Shown in pieces: positions 26,815 through 38,500 of a stretch of 64,000 nt of DNA (position 1 is the first letter of the stretch; each line of letters begins with the position of its first letter). A program made the translations under genes and the position numbers. The notes beneath the pieces were generated by a model, which saw only the letters and a program-made list of their open reading frames with translations, did not search any database and was not told where the DNA came from. This stretch comes from Phoronis australis (lineage: Eukaryota; Animalia; Phoronida), in the NCBI GenBank assembly GCA_002633005.1, contig NMRA01001003.1, positions 1 to 64,000 on the forward strand, read 5' to 3'.

Positions 26815-27102
26815 ATTGTTAGCTCACTTCTGTGTATTGCTACCTAATGCATCTCTCAGTACTGTCATATATTGTTTGCTAACAAAGCTCTCAGTACTTT
26901 ATGTAATGTTAGCTAACACATCTCACAGTACTGCATGCATTCGTAGCTAACAATGTTAGCTAACACAGCTTTCAGTACTGTATATGTTGTTAGCTATCAC
27001 AGCTTTCAGTGCTGTATGTATCCTTTGCGAACACAGCTGTCAGTACTTTATGCATTGTTAGTTGACACAGTTTTGTTCTGTGTTCATTGTTAGCTAACAC
27101 AA
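26815..27102. repeat. 34-bp minisatellite, ~8 degenerate copies, in the probable CACUL1 3' UTR
   Basis: Consensus ttgttagctaacacagctttcagtactgtatgca; adjacent copies start at 26955 and 26989. Confidence 0.85.
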
Positions 27103-27793
27103 GTCACTGTTGATAATGTTTCGTCTGTGTTTGCATACCTTTAAATTACGGATGTGTTGACGATTTTTTGTATGCAGAGGTAAAAATAAAGTTGATAATG
27201 TTCACTTTCAATTGGGCCATGTGATGTTTTAATTGTAGGATTTTTATGGTATAGAATCAAGAAACTAACCATTCAATATTTCATCAACCACTCACAAGAA
27301 TAATGTGAAATGTACATAATTTTCATTTCTCACATGACCTGGAATGTGCTACGACTGGTTAATAACACCCGAGTACCTAATTCTTTTGATATTACATGGG
27401 TGAATCACAAAGTAGTGCAAAGTAGAAATCCATACGCCTTACATTTTATCGTCTGCAAAACAACCAAACGCGCGCCAACCAAACGATGAAATTCCGAGGT
27501 GGCAAGGTTATGATTGACAAATCGGTGTTGCAACTGTACGTACTTCCGGTCGGAAGGACATGCAAACAACTTTTTAGACGGACCCATCTTCGACGGCGAA
27601 TTCCATAGTCCACGTTCATTCAAACATCAGGCAAGCCTCGGGATTTTGACGAAATTTCCCTAGAGGTTTTGCTCATGGCCCTGTCATGAATCTGAGACTC
27701 GTGTAGGATTCTCTATTTCTGTTTCATCGTAACTCATTTCCGTAGGTGGACTATCTGAGTGAATCAATATCGGTTTTAGTTGCCTGGGTGTTT

Positions 27794-27972
27794 CATGGGC
27801 GGCCCACCATAGGGGGCTGGGGGGGGGGCTATAGCCCCTCCACTNGGGGGGGGGGGGCTATAGCCCCTCCACTTTTTTCAGTGCTACGCCGCACATGGTC
27901 TATAGGGGGTGCACCCCAGGGGGGCTAAGGGGGCTTTAGACCCCCACTTTTTTCAGTGCTGCGCCACCCATG
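27794..27972. mobile_element. GC-rich hAT-like MITE with G/C-run hairpins
   Basis: Termini catgggcggc / gcgccacccatg; internal gggggctatagcccctccact repeated. Confidence 0.55.
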
Positions 27973-28039
27973 TGCTTGTAGCCTTGATACACAGCTGTAT
28001 ACTAAATATATTTTGACGACAAAAACCAAGATGATGCCA

Positions 28040-28400
28040 ATGATACTATCCCGTTTGAAGTCGAATATTTTTGTCTATGAAACCAGAGTTATGTTGACGT
28101 CAGTTACGAACATTCGGAATTTTGTTTGAAGAAAGCGAAAAGTTCAAGACAGAAACATTCCTTCCTGTTCTGTACTCTGATATAAATCCCCTGACCAAAC
28201 CCGTAGAAATCTACTCATTGATCATAATTTGTTCTAGAGAGCTGTGCAGGATGTGTGAACACCTTGAATGTATATCACTGAAGATCTTGCTCCCGGTGAC
28301 CAGTGTTTAATCACGAATGCGAGCAGCTCAAGCACTACACAGGCTACGTCACAAGTGATTGCCTTTGCACAGTACATGAAAAATAGTTTCGGCCAACTTA
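28040..28400 (+). pseudogene. Heavily deleted fossil of a hAT transposase C-terminus (dimerisation-domain region)
   Basis: FKTETFLPVLYSDINPL (cf. F..E.FLP.ID..I..L..R) followed by SLKILLPVTSV (cf. L.I.LTLPVTS.S.ERSFS). Confidence 0.5.
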
Positions 28401-28587
28401 AAAACTAGTGTAAATTAACTTTCTAAATGTCAAAATTCCACTTCGAGTTTTTTTCGTGGATGATAGTGACAAACTGTATAGTATAGGAAAAAGATCATTT
28501 GAAGTTCAAATCTGAAACTTGTGAAACAGCTTCGTACATGTAGATCGACTGGGAAACAGTGCTTAAGGTTAAGTAAGTTGTTATTGG

Positions 28588-28812
28588 CATACGCGCATCC
28601 GTGGGGCGGCGAAGTGGGTGAAAAAGTACGCCTCAGAGAAACAGAAACTTTGGAAAAAGAAGAAAACGAGACAAAAGTCCACTAAAAGAAAGGAAATACC
28701 AAAACTCGGCGAATGCACAATTCGTAGGTCTGAACGTGCCCGTGAATCTTATTAAATGGTTCACCATCTCAAAAATTCGAGCCCCCATTTTCTTAGGTTG
28801 GGTGCGCGCATG
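28588..28812 (+). mobile_element. ~225-bp MITE with CATGCGCGCACCC-type inverted termini, copy 1
   Basis: catacgcgcatcc / gggtgcgcgcatg; body homologous to 39452-39683. Confidence 0.85.
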
Positions 28813-31583
28813 CATTTAACCAAATTGCTGGATAAGTAGATTTTAACTCAGTAAAAGTATGTACCGGTATTTTCTGAAAGAGGAAAACCTATAGAATTCG
28901 ATTTTTCACTTGTAACAATCTGCCATTAATTGTGTTGCATGACCATACCGTTCAAGCAAAGTATAGCAAAAAGAAAGCCACATCTATTGCCAGCAAACAG
29001 CGTTACCAATAAAATGGCCAAATTTCATTTGATATAAATGTTCAAGATGAATTTCAAAAAGTTTTATGAAACTTGTGATTTTTTTTCTCGGAAATTACGA
29101 AAGTCACCTTTTTATGATAGCACCTCGCGCGAAAGTGAAACATCTTAAAAAGGCTTTCTAATGTTGTATTGGAGAACAGAACATAAAGCGTATTACCTGA
29201 AAGTTTCACTTGAATCTATTCAGCCACAACTTATGATATTCCGAAAGTATTCAGATTTGGACATTTTTCTAGGGTCCTAGGTGACGTTAAACTAGCCCGC
29301 ACTCGTGTGTATCAAAACAACATTCTGAACTGTGCCCGACTGACTTTGAGTAATCACTAGGCAGCAGAATCCTCGCAAATGCGTGAATTGAATACTAGAG
29401 TTCAGTTATCTTAGCACGTTCCGTATATATACGGCAAACTCGTGAAAAAATCAAGACTACGCAAAATCTCTATAGTTAAAGGCGAGTGTTTCACAGGTAT
29501 GCTCAAGGGCTTTTCTCGCCCATTGCAAAAAGTAGTTTATAATCTACTCAGTGCGGTCACCCAGTGTTTTTGGGAGCTTCAGTGTACCCTCAAGGTGCGA
29601 CGGCTACTGAAGTAATTGCTCTGTGGTCGGTGAAGGTTTCTCGCCGCATGTCATTCGCGAGTGTCTGGGATCTACGGAATGCACCGGACTCCCATTCCTG
29701 CGTGTGCCTGGCTCAGGCCCAACCATGCAACAGAGTGTCATAATTTTTTGATGAAGTTGTGTTCTGAAAGGCATGCAATATGGTATCTAAACATTTGTTA
29801 ATTTTTCACTGCACTGTTGTTGAGTGCCAGCAGGTCTACCGATGTTGGTACACAAATTATGTCATTATCAATGGTGTTGGTGGAGGCCTGGTGCGGGAGC
29901 ACTACTGCACCTGGCCTATATGATATTGCTAAGACAGACATGTTCTGGGCCTAATTATATTCTGACCAGGGTGGGCAGATCGCAATCCACAAAGTCACAA
30001 CTATACGCAAAGAGCCGTAACAACCAGGTCGAAGGGAAAAAAATGTCGAGTCATGGTCTTGTGATTCTCCGGTGGAACCAGTGAGAACAGATGCACACAA
30101 GGCAATTTCGTTACCGTGTAATTCATCTAAACGTGTATATAAGACTAAAAACTGGACATGCGAAAAAAACTGATTATCAATTACTACTCAACTGTGGTAA
30201 CACACTTTGATTTTCCGTACTTTATTTCAAAATAAAAAGATCAGAGTGTAAACTTCTAGGATTAAGTTAAGAAAAAACGCTTCGTTTGAATTGCTGACAC
30301 TGATCATTATACGGCCTGTATCCTTGCTAAAAAAGTTTCCATTTACAAGGTGATTTGCCTGAAAATTTTCACCGTTTTACGCGATAAGTGTCTTTCTGGT
30401 TCTGCATTTGCGAGTTCCAAGCCTTTGCATTGCTCGTTCGCTCATTTGCACGTTGCGAATCAAGTTTGACGAATTAGTTATGCGGCATTTTCTCCTAGCT
30501 ACTCCTTCGCATTCAAAAAGGAATGATCTCTCGCAAAGCCATTTTATGCAATCCTTCCGTCAATGGATGCATTGGCCCGATGAAAATCGGTAAATTTGAT
30601 TGTCACACTAAATTATCCAAGCAGTGATGATCCAATGGCCTGTGTTCGATATTATTTATTATTCATAAGGTACCTATCAATGTGGCCGTAGTTATGAAAC
30701 AATTAATATCGACTAGACACACTATTGTTTTAGTCAAGCGCACATTTTTCTTAGTAACCGGTGCCTCATTCATCGTCGTGTTCAGGAAAGTATAGGACAG
30801 AACGCTATGGTGAGTGCACATTCGAAATTAATTTTGTATTAAACCTGTTTGACATGTACACCACGATCACGCTGCATTTTAGGTAGTTGTGGGGGCTAAA
30901 ATATTGAAACTCGTGACACGCTTATTGACTGCATAACCACCTATTTATTATGATTAAAATCACTAAGAAGGTGGTTCAGTTATATTTGGAATTTTAAAAT
31001 TTGAGAACGGCTTCATTAAATCACATACATATACAATATGCCAATATGGAAAATAAAAATAGGTTGTCGTGAAAGTTTTATCACCGGCGCTTGAATCAGT
31101 CTTATGAAATTTGACATAGTAAACTAATATGTGTGCGCGTGGCCTTATATTCGTGTACGAGCGAGCAGAACTGGCGACTTGCCCAAAAGTTGACATCTCG
31201 ACGAGTTACATGCTATGTACCAAACATGACTTTTTATGAAATCCACTTTTCTGACTGTAATAACTTACCATACTGAATACAGAAAAAAATATTTTGCAAA
31301 AGTCGACGGCAAACAAAATGTCGTGTTTCATAATATATTTTCAAATTAAAACGTTTCTCAGTTGTTAATAAAATGAAGTACATTGGACCTCAAAATGACG
31401 GATGCGGGCCGCGAAATTCACGTATTAACCATCCTAAGCTTCTACTCTTTTCTTTTCGTATTAGTTTCTAAAGCGAAATTTATTGAATAACATTCGAGTC
31501 ATGCCTTATTTCGTTTTTAGTTTACCCCGGTAACACTTTCTCAAACTTTTTAAAATTGAATGTAAAATACTAAAGCGGCTAGT

Positions 31584-31909
31584 GCCCTGGGTCAAATATT
31601 TGTACTCGAAATTATTTTCTGACATTTTCTGTTTTACTTTTGTGCGAATTCGAGATACGTATCTATTACTCTAAACTTGAGTACACTATGGTTTACGTGC
31701 ACTTGATGACCCCAGCATCAACGCTATGAGTTTTCACTCGAATTCGCAAGTTTTTACTGGACTTTGTAGTGCCAACTTGGACAATACACTCATCAACATA
31801 AACAGGGGACTTGAGCAAAGAAAAACAGACATTTATTTTGAGTTCGCACATAAGTACTAGAACGAAAAAAGTCAAAAGTAATTTCGAGTATACAGATTAG
31901 ACCCAGGCC
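31584..31909. mobile_element. MITE with ~70-bp imperfect terminal inverted repeats (PIF/Harbinger-like ends)
   Basis: gccctgggtcaaatatttgtactcgaaatta... versus ...taatttcgagtatacagattagacccaggcc. Confidence 0.75.
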
Positions 31910-32130
31910 AGACCCTGATCTTAACTTGTGGGCAATTGCCAGCCACCCCCGCCCCCTTTCTCCTGTGAACCCTCCTAGTGTTTAAGCTGGTGCACGAGCG
32001 CACCATACTTATGACCTAAGCACTGTCACGACTTCACGCTAGGCCTATTGGACGAGTTCATTTGCTTTAATTTTTTAGGTTCCATGACATCTCGTCCTTC
32101 AAAGTAACTCAACAGAGACAAACTTATAAA

Positions 32131-33555
32131 ATGACGACTATTAAGCGATTCAGTGGCGTGAACCAGCAGGAAGAAAACGCCAACTTTGAGTTTATGTTCA
32201 CAAACAATAAGGCTCGAAACCTGTTTTGGAAGCATGAAGACTTGAGAACGTCTTGCGAAAGAACTGTGCGGCACATTGACGAGCAGAAGAAAAATGTGCG
32301 ACGACAGGGGAACTTTGATAGGATTAGTGTAATCCAACAGAAGCAAAGACTGGACGCCCGACGGGAAGCAATTGTAAATGATAGAATAATCGACTGCTTT
32401 CTGGATAAAACGGAAGAATGGGTTCTCAAAAACAATAAAGAATTCGGCATTCGACCAGCTGCGCATGGGAAATTATCTTCACCACAGACAGGAAGGAGGT
32501 TAAGAAGGAAGTCGTCCCATCGTGTCATAATAAACCCACCTTCGCAGCGTTTTGAGTTTCCTGAAATGGATTTGACTCCAACAGCGAGGAAATGGCTGGC
32601 CGGGGAACACCAGAAAAGATCTTTGTCCAACTGTTCCAACGCGTCATCAACTCCAGATCTCCATGACAGGGTGCAGACGTTCTTACATGAAATCGACAAG
32701 TTTAAGAAAGACCAGAATAAGCCCAAGTACTTAGAAATTCTGGAGTCCAAGCCAGAAGAGGAGAAAGAGGAAGAAGACAGTAAGGAGACCGGCGAATACA
32801 GCGTAGGAAACAGAGATTTGGAAATGTGGAGGTCGGCGTTTGGCAAAATATCGAGTATGCTGCCCCCTCAAACAAAAGATGTATCAGACGATGCACGAGT
32901 GAGTGACGAACATGAACATAACGTGAAAGGGTCCGACAGCGATCGATTATTGGAAAAGAAATGCGATACAGGAGATGGAGTGAGTAAAGTGAAAGAAAAA
33001 CTGACACTACCGTCAATTAAAATAACACAGCCGAAACAGAGCGTTGAAGTGCGTTTTAATGAAGCAACAATTGGCAGCAGAGCACAACACGAAAAGTCGT
33101 ATTTATCACTTCCGAACTTGCAAAGGACTTCAACAAGAGGACAGTCTATGAAGGAATCTGTGGAAGACTCCGTCAGAGAATTTCAGATGTCTGGCAAAAG
33201 GTCACTGGACATGGAACGTGGTTCGGAAAGTGAAGCCACTCCTGATTGTACAGAGATATCATCTGTCGGGGATCCGGTTTCAAAGTCTAGCAAAATAAAA
33301 CAGTCGAACAAAAACAAATTATCGCAGAAAAAGTTTGACAAATTGCTAGGACTGTGGATGGATATAGCCGAAAGCACCGACAAACAAAAATTTGAAACCA
33401 TCGTCCAAAAAGCCGGGAGCCTGAAACAAAAATCAAAAGATTTACGTCGAAAATCATTGATATCCTTCATCGGAACTGTCCAGGCTGTTCAGAAAGTAGC
33501 TAGTATGATCCCGTCCAAGAGAACAACAGGCAATCCTACCATGCCAGGCCAATAA
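32131..33555 (+). CDS. Uncharacterised 474-aa protein; charged, probably helical N-terminus followed by a Ser/Lys/Glu-rich, probably disordered remainder; intronless CDS
   Basis: 1425-nt open frame in AT-rich DNA with AAAATG start context. A splice acceptor (ttttttag) at 32077-32078 and a GTGAGT donor at 30810 suggest a 5' UTR intron; AATAAA near 34240. No transposase or reverse transcriptase motifs recognised. Confidence 0.8.
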   Translation: MTTIKRFSGVNQQEENANFEFMFTNNKARNLFWKHEDLRTSCERTVRHIDEQKKNVRRQGNFDRISVIQQKQRLDARREAIVNDRIIDCFLDKTEEWVLKNNKEFGIRPAAHGKLSSPQTGRRLRRKSSHRVIINPPSQRFEFPEMDLTPTARKWLAGEHQKRSLSNCSNASSTPDLHDRVQTFLHEIDKFKKDQNKPKYLEILESKPEEEKEEEDSKETGEYSVGNRDLEMWRSAFGKISSMLPPQTKDVSDDARVSDEHEHNVKGSDSDRLLEKKCDTGDGVSKVKEKLTLPSIKITQPKQSVEVRFNEATIGSRAQHEKSYLSLPNLQRTSTRGQSMKESVEDSVREFQMSGKRSLDMERGSESEATPDCTEISSVGDPVSKSSKIKQSNKNKLSQKKFDKLLGLWMDIAESTDKQKFETIVQKAGSLKQKSKDLRRKSLISFIGTVQAVQKVASMIPSKRTTGNPTMPGQ

Positions 33556-35583
33556 ATGAACTCTACGGAAATATCTAGAAATCCTGCCAGGCGAAGCCAG
33601 TTAACGAGCTCTAAGACAACATATCCAACAATCCGGTAAGGTCAAAGGGAAATTTGGAACATCCAACAATCTGGCTAGGTCACTAATACCCCCAAATGTC
33701 TACAGGACGTTCAGGCAGTCAGGTCCACACTGAAACGACTGCCCTCTGTGGAAGCGTACTTGGCTACACCGCTCGTGCAAAGTGAAAAAGCGAGCCTTAG
33801 GGCACTAAAGACAGTCACGGCATATTAACATTTAATAGATGACTCAAATCATTAAAACAAAGCAATTTTTGTAACTGCGTCATCAGTAGCCTGCTAAACC
33901 GGCAAGCGTTACCAACGCTTTGGGAAAGATTATCGACGGTTGCGATAAAAGGTCGACCAGCATCAACCACATGATCCACTTTGAGAGCAAGTTGTTTAAA
34001 TTAATAACGTTTTATAGAAGTGTCAGATCGGCCGGGTGGTAGTAATAGAGCACCAGCTGACGATACCACTATGAGTTTTGAGCGGGAAAAGTACAACAAG
34101 TGGATTTAATACTATTTCGAGCGGATTAAGTTTGTTGCATAGATAAAACATAGCTAAACATTCATGCAACTGTGGTCACGTAATTGTTGTCACGTAACAT
34201 GATTACCTGCTTCATGAATTGTGAAGCTGAAAAAGGCAAAATAAATCAATGCTCAATAATTGAAACGGGGTCGTTGATATAATGGATTTTGTTGACCGTA
34301 CAGGCATGCCGTTATTCAATAGCATCTGTAAACACAGGGTGTCCCAAAAAGTTGTTCACACTAAATAAATTTCAAGATTACTGGTCTAATTTCCTATTGG
34401 AGTGAACAAAAAGGAATTAAGTCTTTGTAAATCAAAATAAACGCATTCTTTATAAGCTTGGGAAGATTGCCTTTGCACTTCCTTGGCGCCTTTTACTTTT
34501 CAGATACCGGCCACGGCGCAATAAATTTTACTTCTCCAACGAAAACTGGGTCGTTTTTTTCCATTCCCGTACAAAAACCAGAGCACGTGGCTAGTTACGC
34601 GCCTATTTCCACAGCCAGGTGTAATCATAGAGTATATCCGAACACAGAATCAGATCCGGCGTTGCACAAACGTAACAACTTCAAGGTAATTGAACACCTT
34701 CGAGTAAGGTGAAAGGCCACAGTTTATGTAAACATGACAATAGTGTTTAAAAATACAAATTACCAACATTTCATCGTGTTTTTTTCGTATCCTTCATTAA
34801 CTCTGAAGTAGGCTGCTGTATAAAGACTCAACTATGCGGGCGTTCAGTTGGATGAGGCGCAATTGAGTTTGTTTTCCCTTGTCCTTAAAATTAGATCGCC
34901 AGTAAAACATGAGATACATAAAATTTAAAAAAAACTGCCCATCTTCCGAGGAATGAGGGTAGGGTAAGGGCAAGAAAGAAATATTTCGAGTATGGCCTGA
35001 CCTTGTTTTGTCTAACCGATCTGACTTTAAAACTTGTGAAATTTGTTCCCTTGTTTCAGTGCCTGTCATAAAAGGCTTGAATCAGTATAAAGAACTGAAG
35101 TTAATTGAAGGTATGTTTCCATCCGCTAGTGTTGTGCTACCATGATGAACTGGTGTTTTGATGCCTCAATGACACCTGCTTCTGTGCATTCCAATTAATG
35201 GGGAGACACCATCAGCCTGTACAAGCACGCGCACGCTACGCCAGAAGCCATAAAATTAATCTGGACGCTGGAAAGTATGAATTAAAGCGACTCTGTTAGT
35301 AGATGATTCATAACCAGCTACAAGGTTAATTACACAAGTCACGTTCTATTCGAATCTCCATCCCCATAATCTCAATATGGTAATACATACTGGTCAATAA
35401 ATAGTTTTAACAAGTGGTGCTCAGCGATGTGTCTTAAAGGTACCCAATCATCTTCAGTTTGGTTCATTGCACACTCAGTACAGTTTAAATCGTCAAACAT
35501 TATGCCTGAAGGTAGCGCAGTGTGCGAGATATAAGACGACCATCACATTCACATGATAGAAGGCGAGAATACATGTACACGAC

Positions 35584-38500
35584 TTATGTCAGGTTGGTAG
35601 CTAGTAACGCTAATATCAACAGCACGGGAAGGCCAAAAGACATTGTAATAACAGTGCCATTAATGACGCATCGATGATTATTTTTTTCAAATTTTTTTCC
35701 CAGGATATTTCTCGACGTCTCAATAACGAGGTCCCCAGCCGCGTCATTGCACCAGGAGCGAACATGGCGACTGGTACACGTCACGTAATAGTTGGTATGC
35801 CTGCAAAATAATCGACGGTAATACAGTGTTTGCGTGTTTTAACGAAATGGTCCAGCCTGTTCAATACCACTGCAAAGAAGATTTCAAATTTTCATACTCA
35901 AATCAACTAAAATTTCACTTTGTTAAGCTTTCAACTAAAATGAAGACAAATTGGAAATGCTCCCATTAGTTTGACTCGTTCCACTGATGTCAAGAGTTAC
36001 GAAACAACATTACGCTTACATTATTTGTAACTAGATAACCGTCCTTTGAAAAACAGGACAAAAGAGAAACAATTGTGAGTATTTTTGTGCAAAAGCTGTG
36101 AATTACAGTTGGTCACACCTTGAAGTTATAAGTCAAAGACAGTCAAAAGGTAAACATCATAAGGCAGCAGTTAAAGCCCCAATAAACCCTGTCAAAAATT
36201 ATTTTTGACTTGGATTAAGAACTTCCTACAATTAGATAATGCTTTTGTTTGCGTGAAGAGTTTGGAAAGTGCGTGGCCGAATAAAAATTCCCAAGAACCG
36301 TTCTATAACTAAACTCACGTGCACATCCTATCGAGCTTTTTCCACTTGGCCTCGCGGATATGTCGTATGTCCTTCATCTGTTTCTGATAACCTTTCAAGC
36401 ATCTATTTACACGGTAGTCGACGTCTTCGTTGTTGTCGAAACACTTCACGTTTTCCAGGTAATCTGTAGGGAGCAATGAAGGATTTGAAAAAGTAAAGAC
36501 TTATTATTTTTTCACAATGGCGTTACTGAAAGGGAATCACTCGGTCTGAGGGCGAATAACGCATTTTGGAGATTATTGCGGGATGGGATAATCTTTCTGT
36601 AGTTATTAGCTTGTCACCAGAGCAGTAAAGAACCAAAATTCGTTGTTTTTGTGATTCCGTTACAACTTTCCAATTCTCGCGTGGCTGTCAGTCATGAGCA
36701 GGAATTGTGAGCGGTGACTTGGTCAGATGAATACCTTCAAATACACTTCGGTTTACCGACTGCCGTTAAAGTTCCACTATCAAACCGTCGGGCTGCGACC
36801 GGTAACTTGAAGGTCGCGGGCTCGAATCCGTGGGGCCGTTCTAAAAAGATTTATCGCCAATCGTGTCATTCTAGGATGAAGAGCGCACTTTTCAGCCTCT
36901 TTAGTACAATAGTGTATTGTAATAAAGATCCGTTTTTCCGATAATTCATCATTCTAGTGTACGAACCAATCTACTGCAGTAATTAACCCTGCACTGGCGT
37001 AATCATCCTCCAGAGGAAGTCAAAAAATTCAGCCACATGTAAACGACTAAATGTCATGGTGATAATAAGGAGAATTACTAAGCGCACAAGTTGTTTCATG
37101 GCATTTCCCAGAAAATGGGCCTAGCTGTTCCATCTCTACTCACAGCAGCGTGCAATTAGATGTAATTACCTGGGAGTAATATGAAAATCCCAGGTTGCTA
37201 CGTTTAGTACCAAAGACCGAGAGCTGTACTGTCTGCCTCAACTGGACGATAGCTGAGCTGAAAGCTCACGTCAAGGGGTAAGAGCAGTTGAATGAACTTG
37301 CGACTTGTTTGTCGTATTTTCACACCTTGACGTGAGCTGTGAGCTCAGCTATCGTTCACCAGAGGCGATACCCCAGCTCGTAGCTCTCCGTCGAATCTCC
37401 TGGGGTCTTAACACATCGAGCACTAGACTCTTTTTGTGGCAAACCTGGGCTGCGTTAAATAGCCTGAGACACTCCCGACAAACGCGTTACGTCGCAATAT
37501 TAAAGACATTTCGATATATTGCGGTTCAGAGCCGAGCATACAATCATTACTACTAACTCGTCCTCAGTAAAACTCGCGGCATGATACAGGAACTAAAACA
37601 TGAAAGTTATTTTCCCACCTGAGTATCCACGGCCACACAAATAGTCAAAAGCTGTCTCCACCTGTTCTACGTCTACCACTGCATTCTCACAAGTCGCCAC
37701 AGATTGACGACATTCGGCAGATTCCGAGAAAGCGCTACAATGAAGAACACAAGTGCCCTATAATAGTACAATCAAAAAGATTCTAAGTGCTGTTTTGGTG
37801 AGTTCCCCCCGGCCAAAACTGATTATGTTCCCTGTCACAAATATTAGTCACGCCTGCTCCAAAGGTCAGTATTGAAAGGACACGTTTGCTAAAAAACTAA
37901 AACAGCTCTAGTTTCCTCAATTCTGCATCAATACGAGAATGCAGACCTTTACGTGATGGACTTACAATATGCATTTCAGCACGTGATTGAGTTATTATTC
38001 TCAACACAAACTTCCAACAGGTGATTGCAATGGCTTATACTCACAACAAACATTTAAACACAACACGGGATCGACTTGCTATTCACAAGGCACATTTCAA
38101 CAAGACCACCTTTGACATAATGCACTGTACAAACCTGCAGATGTCTCTGAACTGACTAGCAGTGAAAGAGGGAACGCCATATTCAGCTAACTTTGCTTTG
38201 GAAGGTAAATCACCCAGACACTCACTGGTTATATTCTCAGTGCATGTGTCAATATCTGTAACAAATGCAAATGCTGTTTGCGAATTTTCAAAACTAGTGC
38301 AAATTTCAGTGCAACAACAAGTAATACACTGTATGAGATTAATGGCTCTCAGTACAACTGGAAAGGGAAATTGACCACGTCTTTAGCTAGCCATGACCGT
38401 TTTTCTCGGTAGTGGAAAAATATAGTTGCTTCTGGTCTGTGGTTTTTAAAAGTTGATGCAATGATGCGGTATATTTTATTTTTGTTAATTATTCAAAAAC

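Noticed and set aside
32026-33470. Antisense ORFs of 146, 240, 104 and 95 aa
   Set aside because: Shadows of the purine-rich 474-aa sense ORF; no independent coding signal
34335-34375. Tc1/mariner-like terminus CAGGGTGTCCCAAAAA
   Set aside because: No convincing partner terminus and no TA target site found
36790-36840. tRNA gene (B-box-like GGCTCGAATCC)
   Set aside because: Only a 3'-half resemblance with no acceptor stem or D arm; at most a SINE or pseudo-tRNA fragment
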